Assembly (NCBI GenBank): GCA_035505375.1 | Contig: DATJQV010000075.1 | Span: 10,673 to 74,672, forward strand | DNA from: a bacterium | Lineage (GTDB): Bacteria > Hydrothermota > Tepidihabitantia > Tepidihabitantales > Tepidihabitantaceae | Reading direction: 5' to 3' | DNA: 64,000 nt | Shown here: piece by piece, positions 61,496 through 64,000 of the stretch | How positions within the stretch are numbered: the stretch's first letter is position 1 | Layout of the letters: every line of letters starts with the position of its first letter | Notes under the pieces: model-generated | What the model was told of the DNA's origin: nothing | The model's input: the letters and a program-made list of their open reading frames with translations, nothing else | Database searches by the model: none | Position numbers and translations under genes: made by a program

Positions 61496-63234
61496 TGAAT
61501 AACTACGGGCCTCGTGGTTGTACGCGTGCCGGTGGTGGTGAGGCACACGAGGTACGTGCCGGCCGCGACCTTGCCATCCCAGACGAACGAACCGCCCGCC
61601 GGGGCCGCAATGCTCCGCACGATTCTGCCGGCGACGTCGGTGATCGCCAGCCTGGTCGCGCTGCCGCTCCAGCTCACTCGCACCGGCCCGCGCGCCACGC
61701 TCGGCGCAACCCGGAATGCCGCCGCCGGCCGTTCCGGTTGTGCAGGACTCTCGATCGCGCCGTTGAACCACGGTGCGTTGAAGTAGCCATTCACGTCATT
61801 CGGGTACGTATAGCCGGGGAATATGAGCCCGCCGCCGGAGCCCGGTCCGCCCGGCGAGTAGACTATCCTTGGGAACGCGGTCAAGCCGTAGCCGGGATAG
61901 CCCGATTTGTTGACCCACGTGTCGCTCAGGGCAGTCCAGGTAGTGGGTGCGGTGTTGACCGAATAGCCGAGCCAAACATTGTTGTGATGGTTGACCGTGT
62001 CTATCTTCACGTACGACAGGTTGACGTAGGCGTTGCCCGAGGACGCATAGTTCTTCAGGTCCACGTAAGCTTCCGGGGTTGTGGTGTTGGCGACGTGGGT
62101 GGGGCCGACCCAGGAGTCGCTGGCGCTCACGCCCGGATCTTTCATGTAGGCCGAATACACGTCCCAATCGTTGGTGCCATTGTAGTTGTGGGTGTAAGCG
62201 AGCCAGACGTTGGCGCTTTCCGGCGGGGTTGTGAAGGCCGGCGCTATGGCCGCGTCGTTAATCCGGAACGTATCCGGACGGAAATCCACCATGTACCACG
62301 TGCCCGGCGAGGACCAGTTATGTGTAAAGCCCGTAGCCACGGTGCCCTTGAAGTAGGCCTGGTTCGGCACGCAAGCCATGCAACCGCAGGAACCCGCCCC
62401 GAACGCCATGCGTGGCAGGGCCCGGTTGGGTATCGTGTCCGTCACCGCCCAAGTCTGTCCGAAGTCGAAGGACCGCAGGATGAAGCTCCGCGGAAAGTCG
62501 CCGGACTCGAGGCCGTTGTGTGCAATCGCGTAGAGATAGTACGAGGTGTACGAGTAATCGCGGCAGGCGGTGAAGTCGGTGATGGAGTCCGCCCCGGCGA
62601 GAACCGCCCAACCGGTCAGGCCGGAGCCGTCCTTGGCGCACCGCGCCACGTAGAGGTCGCCGTTGTTGGTGGGGACGTTCTCGAACACGTAGACAAACCC
62701 GGAGTCGCCCGAGCCGACCACCAGCTCGATCTTGTTGATGATGTGTTTCGGGGGCCACCAAATTTCCTGGACTGTGGCCCAGTGTGAACCGTGGTCGGTG
62801 GACTTGTAGACCCAGACCGTCGAGTCGCCGTACGAGGCGAAGGCGGCCCACATCGTGCCGTCCATCTCGTAGTCGGCCGACGAGGCGCTCACACGACCCG
62901 TGAAGATTTGCCGGTCGGCCACGAGGTTGCCCTCGGTTCGCGCCTGCGGGCGGGCGCACATCGGCGTGACCTCGTGCGGCACGGCGCCCTGCTGCCGAAT
63001 CAGTGCTGCCTGCACTTGGTTCTCTAGGTCACGGGCACCGGCCTCGTCCCCATTGGCGAGAGCGATGCGCTCCTGCGCCTGCAACGCAGCGATGTCCGGA
63101 CTCACCCGGGAGTGGTAGTTCCCTGACGTTACACTATTCCCGGTCGGCAACGTGGACCGCGCCGGCGGGGTATTGGCCATCACCATGCCTGCCATGCAGA
63201 GCAGCGCGATGGCAACGACGACTACGCTACGCAT
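61492..63234 (-). CDS. secreted BNR/Asp-box-repeat protein (sialidase/glycoside-hydrolase-like beta-propeller) with T9SS C-terminal sorting domain
   Basis: Signal peptide MRSVVVVAIALLCMAGMVMA. BNR motifs STDHGSHW and SFDFGQTW. C-terminus FRVAPSVARGPVRVSWSGSATRLAITDVAGRIVRSI...FVWDGKVAAGTYLVCL...RPVVIQ. Confidence 0.7.
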   Translation of the reverse strand: MRSVVVVAIALLCMAGMVMANTPPARSTLPTGNSVTSGNYHSRVSPDIAALQAQERIALANGDEAGARDLENQVQAALIRQQGAVPHEVTPMCARPQARTEGNLVADRQIFTGRVSASSADYEMDGTMWAAFASYGDSTVWVYKSTDHGSHWATVQEIWWPPKHIINKIELVVGSGDSGFVYVFENVPTNNGDLYVARCAKDGSGLTGWAVLAGADSITDFTACRDYSYTSYYLYAIAHNGLESGDFPRSFILRSFDFGQTWAVTDTIPNRALPRMAFGAGSCGCMACVPNQAYFKGTVATGFTHNWSSPGTWYMVDFRPDTFRINDAAIAPAFTTPPESANVWLAYTHNYNGTNDWDVYSAYMKDPGVSASDSWVGPTHVANTTTPEAYVDLKNYASSGNAYVNLSYVKIDTVNHHNNVWLGYSVNTAPTTWTALSDTWVNKSGYPGYGLTAFPRIVYSPGGPGSGGGLIFPGYTYPNDVNGYFNAPWFNGAIESPAQPERPAAAFRVAPSVARGPVRVSWSGSATRLAITDVAGRIVRSIAAPAGGSFVWDGKVAAGTYLVCLTTTGTRTTTRPVVIQ

Positions 63235-63404
63235 TCTTCCTCCTTATGAAAACTCTCACACGGATATTCCTGTGCCGTGATTCATAGTAGTGCAGAACTG
63301 ACTGGCGTGCAACAGTTTCGAGTCGACGACGGTCTGCGCCGGCCCGCGAAGCCTAAACTGCCGTAATGGTTCTTGTTAAGCGATAGCGCACATAGAAAAC
63401 GAAG

Positions 63405-63720
63405 CTTCCGGAATCGCCCCCGGAGCCGTTCCCGGGACGGTTCGGGGGGTGGTCCGCGGAGGGACTCTCAAGCCGGTTTCCCCGATGATTCTGACTCCGG
63501 TTTGCGGCGCGACAAGGATGGCGACTCACGACCTGACTTGCGAGGGTATGGGCGGGGTGAATTACCGGCCGATTCGGAGGGAGGCTTGCGGGCCGATTCC
63601 GAAAGGCACTGCGGACGTGACTGAGAAGGCGACCCGCGAGCTGGTCTGCCGCGGGGCTTGCAGGGCGAATCCCGCGGCGATTTGCGAGGCCTGGCTGATG
63701 GCGTCTTACCCTCCACGCCG
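63405..63720. repeat. fourth 12-nt-periodic degenerate array (units like CGAGGGTATGGG / CGGGCCGATTCC / CGAGCTGGTCTG)
   Basis: cgagggtatggg cggggtgaatta ccggccgattcg gagggaggcttg cgggccgattcc gaaaggcactgc ... cgagctggtctg ccgcggggcttg cagggcgaatcc cgcggcgatttg. Open in several frames on both strands. Confidence 0.5.
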
Positions 63721-63890
63721 CAGCCGCGCGCGACGCGGATGAGCACCTTCTGGAAGAGGACAACCCCCTTTTTGTCGCAGTCCCGGCTCTCCGCGTGCGC
63801 CTTGACACACCCGTCTATCAGGGCTATCGTCTGGCAATGAGAGTCCTGGATCCGAGCGGCAGGAAGCACAGGAACGCGGCCCCGGCTGAG

Positions 63891-64000
63891 ATGAAGGAGA
63901 TTGCCGTCGTCTTTGACCTGTTCCACACCCTCATCTCGCTCGAGGTGCCCAGAGCACCGGGCCGCCGCGTTTCTGAGATTCTCGGGGTCGACCCGGGCGA
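63891..64000 (+). CDS. 5' end of a HAD-like (haloacid-dehalogenase-type) hydrolase gene, truncated by the window edge
   Basis: MKEIAVVFDLFHTLISLEVPRAPGRRVSEILGVDP. hhhhDLxxTL matches HAD motif I (compare IAFDLYGTL). The antisense ORF 63468..63926 is low-complexity downstream of this region. Confidence 0.4.
   Translation, partial: MKEIAVVFDLFHTLISLEVPRAPGRRVSEILGVDPG

Noticed and set aside
61738-62787. 349-aa plus-strand ORF
   Set aside because: It is antisense to the BNR-repeat T9SS protein gene (61492..63234).

Overview
The window is a 64 kb, high-GC (about 64-65 %) bacterial chromosomal segment with compact, frequently overlapping genes. Seven proteins carry a Por/T9SS-type C-terminal sorting domain, so the lineage is probably an FCB-superphylum-like organism. 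It nevertheless uses canonical sigma70 promoters (TTGACN-16/17-TAnAAT).

In order along the window:
- A cluster of secreted T9SS cargo proteins: three paralogous proteins with a C-type lectin domain and a beta-propeller, plus two tandem beta-propeller-repeat proteins.
- Housekeeping and accessory enzymes: a methyltransferase, a substrate-binding protein, a LysA-like decarboxylase, a DUF364-like protein and an alpha/beta hydrolase.
- A defence island at about 14.5-24 kb: a helicase remnant, an unknown 208-aa protein, a GIY-YIG nuclease, HerA, SIR2, and an Hhe-like giant DUF4011 helicase with a DUF559 nuclease domain.
- A Fic protein, two four-helix-bundle proteins, a DUF433/DUF5615 toxin-antitoxin-like pair, and two enigmatic 12-nt-periodic tandem arrays.
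- Housekeeping genes: der, an LCP-family protein, alaS-recX-recA, a small desulforedoxin-like ORF, an outer-membrane protein, a creatininase-family protein, a MYG1-like hydrolase, metH-metF with a candidate SAM-riboswitch leader, a membrane protein, hypF, and dnaA with upstream DnaA boxes and a 470-bp AT-rich putative oriC.
- A HAD hydrolase, a multi-PAS protein, a GT-C glycosyltransferase, a PpiD-like chaperone, a four-tRNA cluster (Glu, Gly, Cys, Leu) and two more T9SS cargo proteins.

The DNA is littered with several short repeat families, including a GGACAAACCAGAA-type inverted-repeat element and a GGGACA...TGTCCC palindromic element, copies of which sit in-frame inside alaS and the hydrolase gene. 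There are also at least four arrays of 12-nt-periodic degenerate repeats. No rRNA, CRISPR array, transposase or integrase was recognised. Many long antisense ORFs in the supplied track are GC-driven artefacts.
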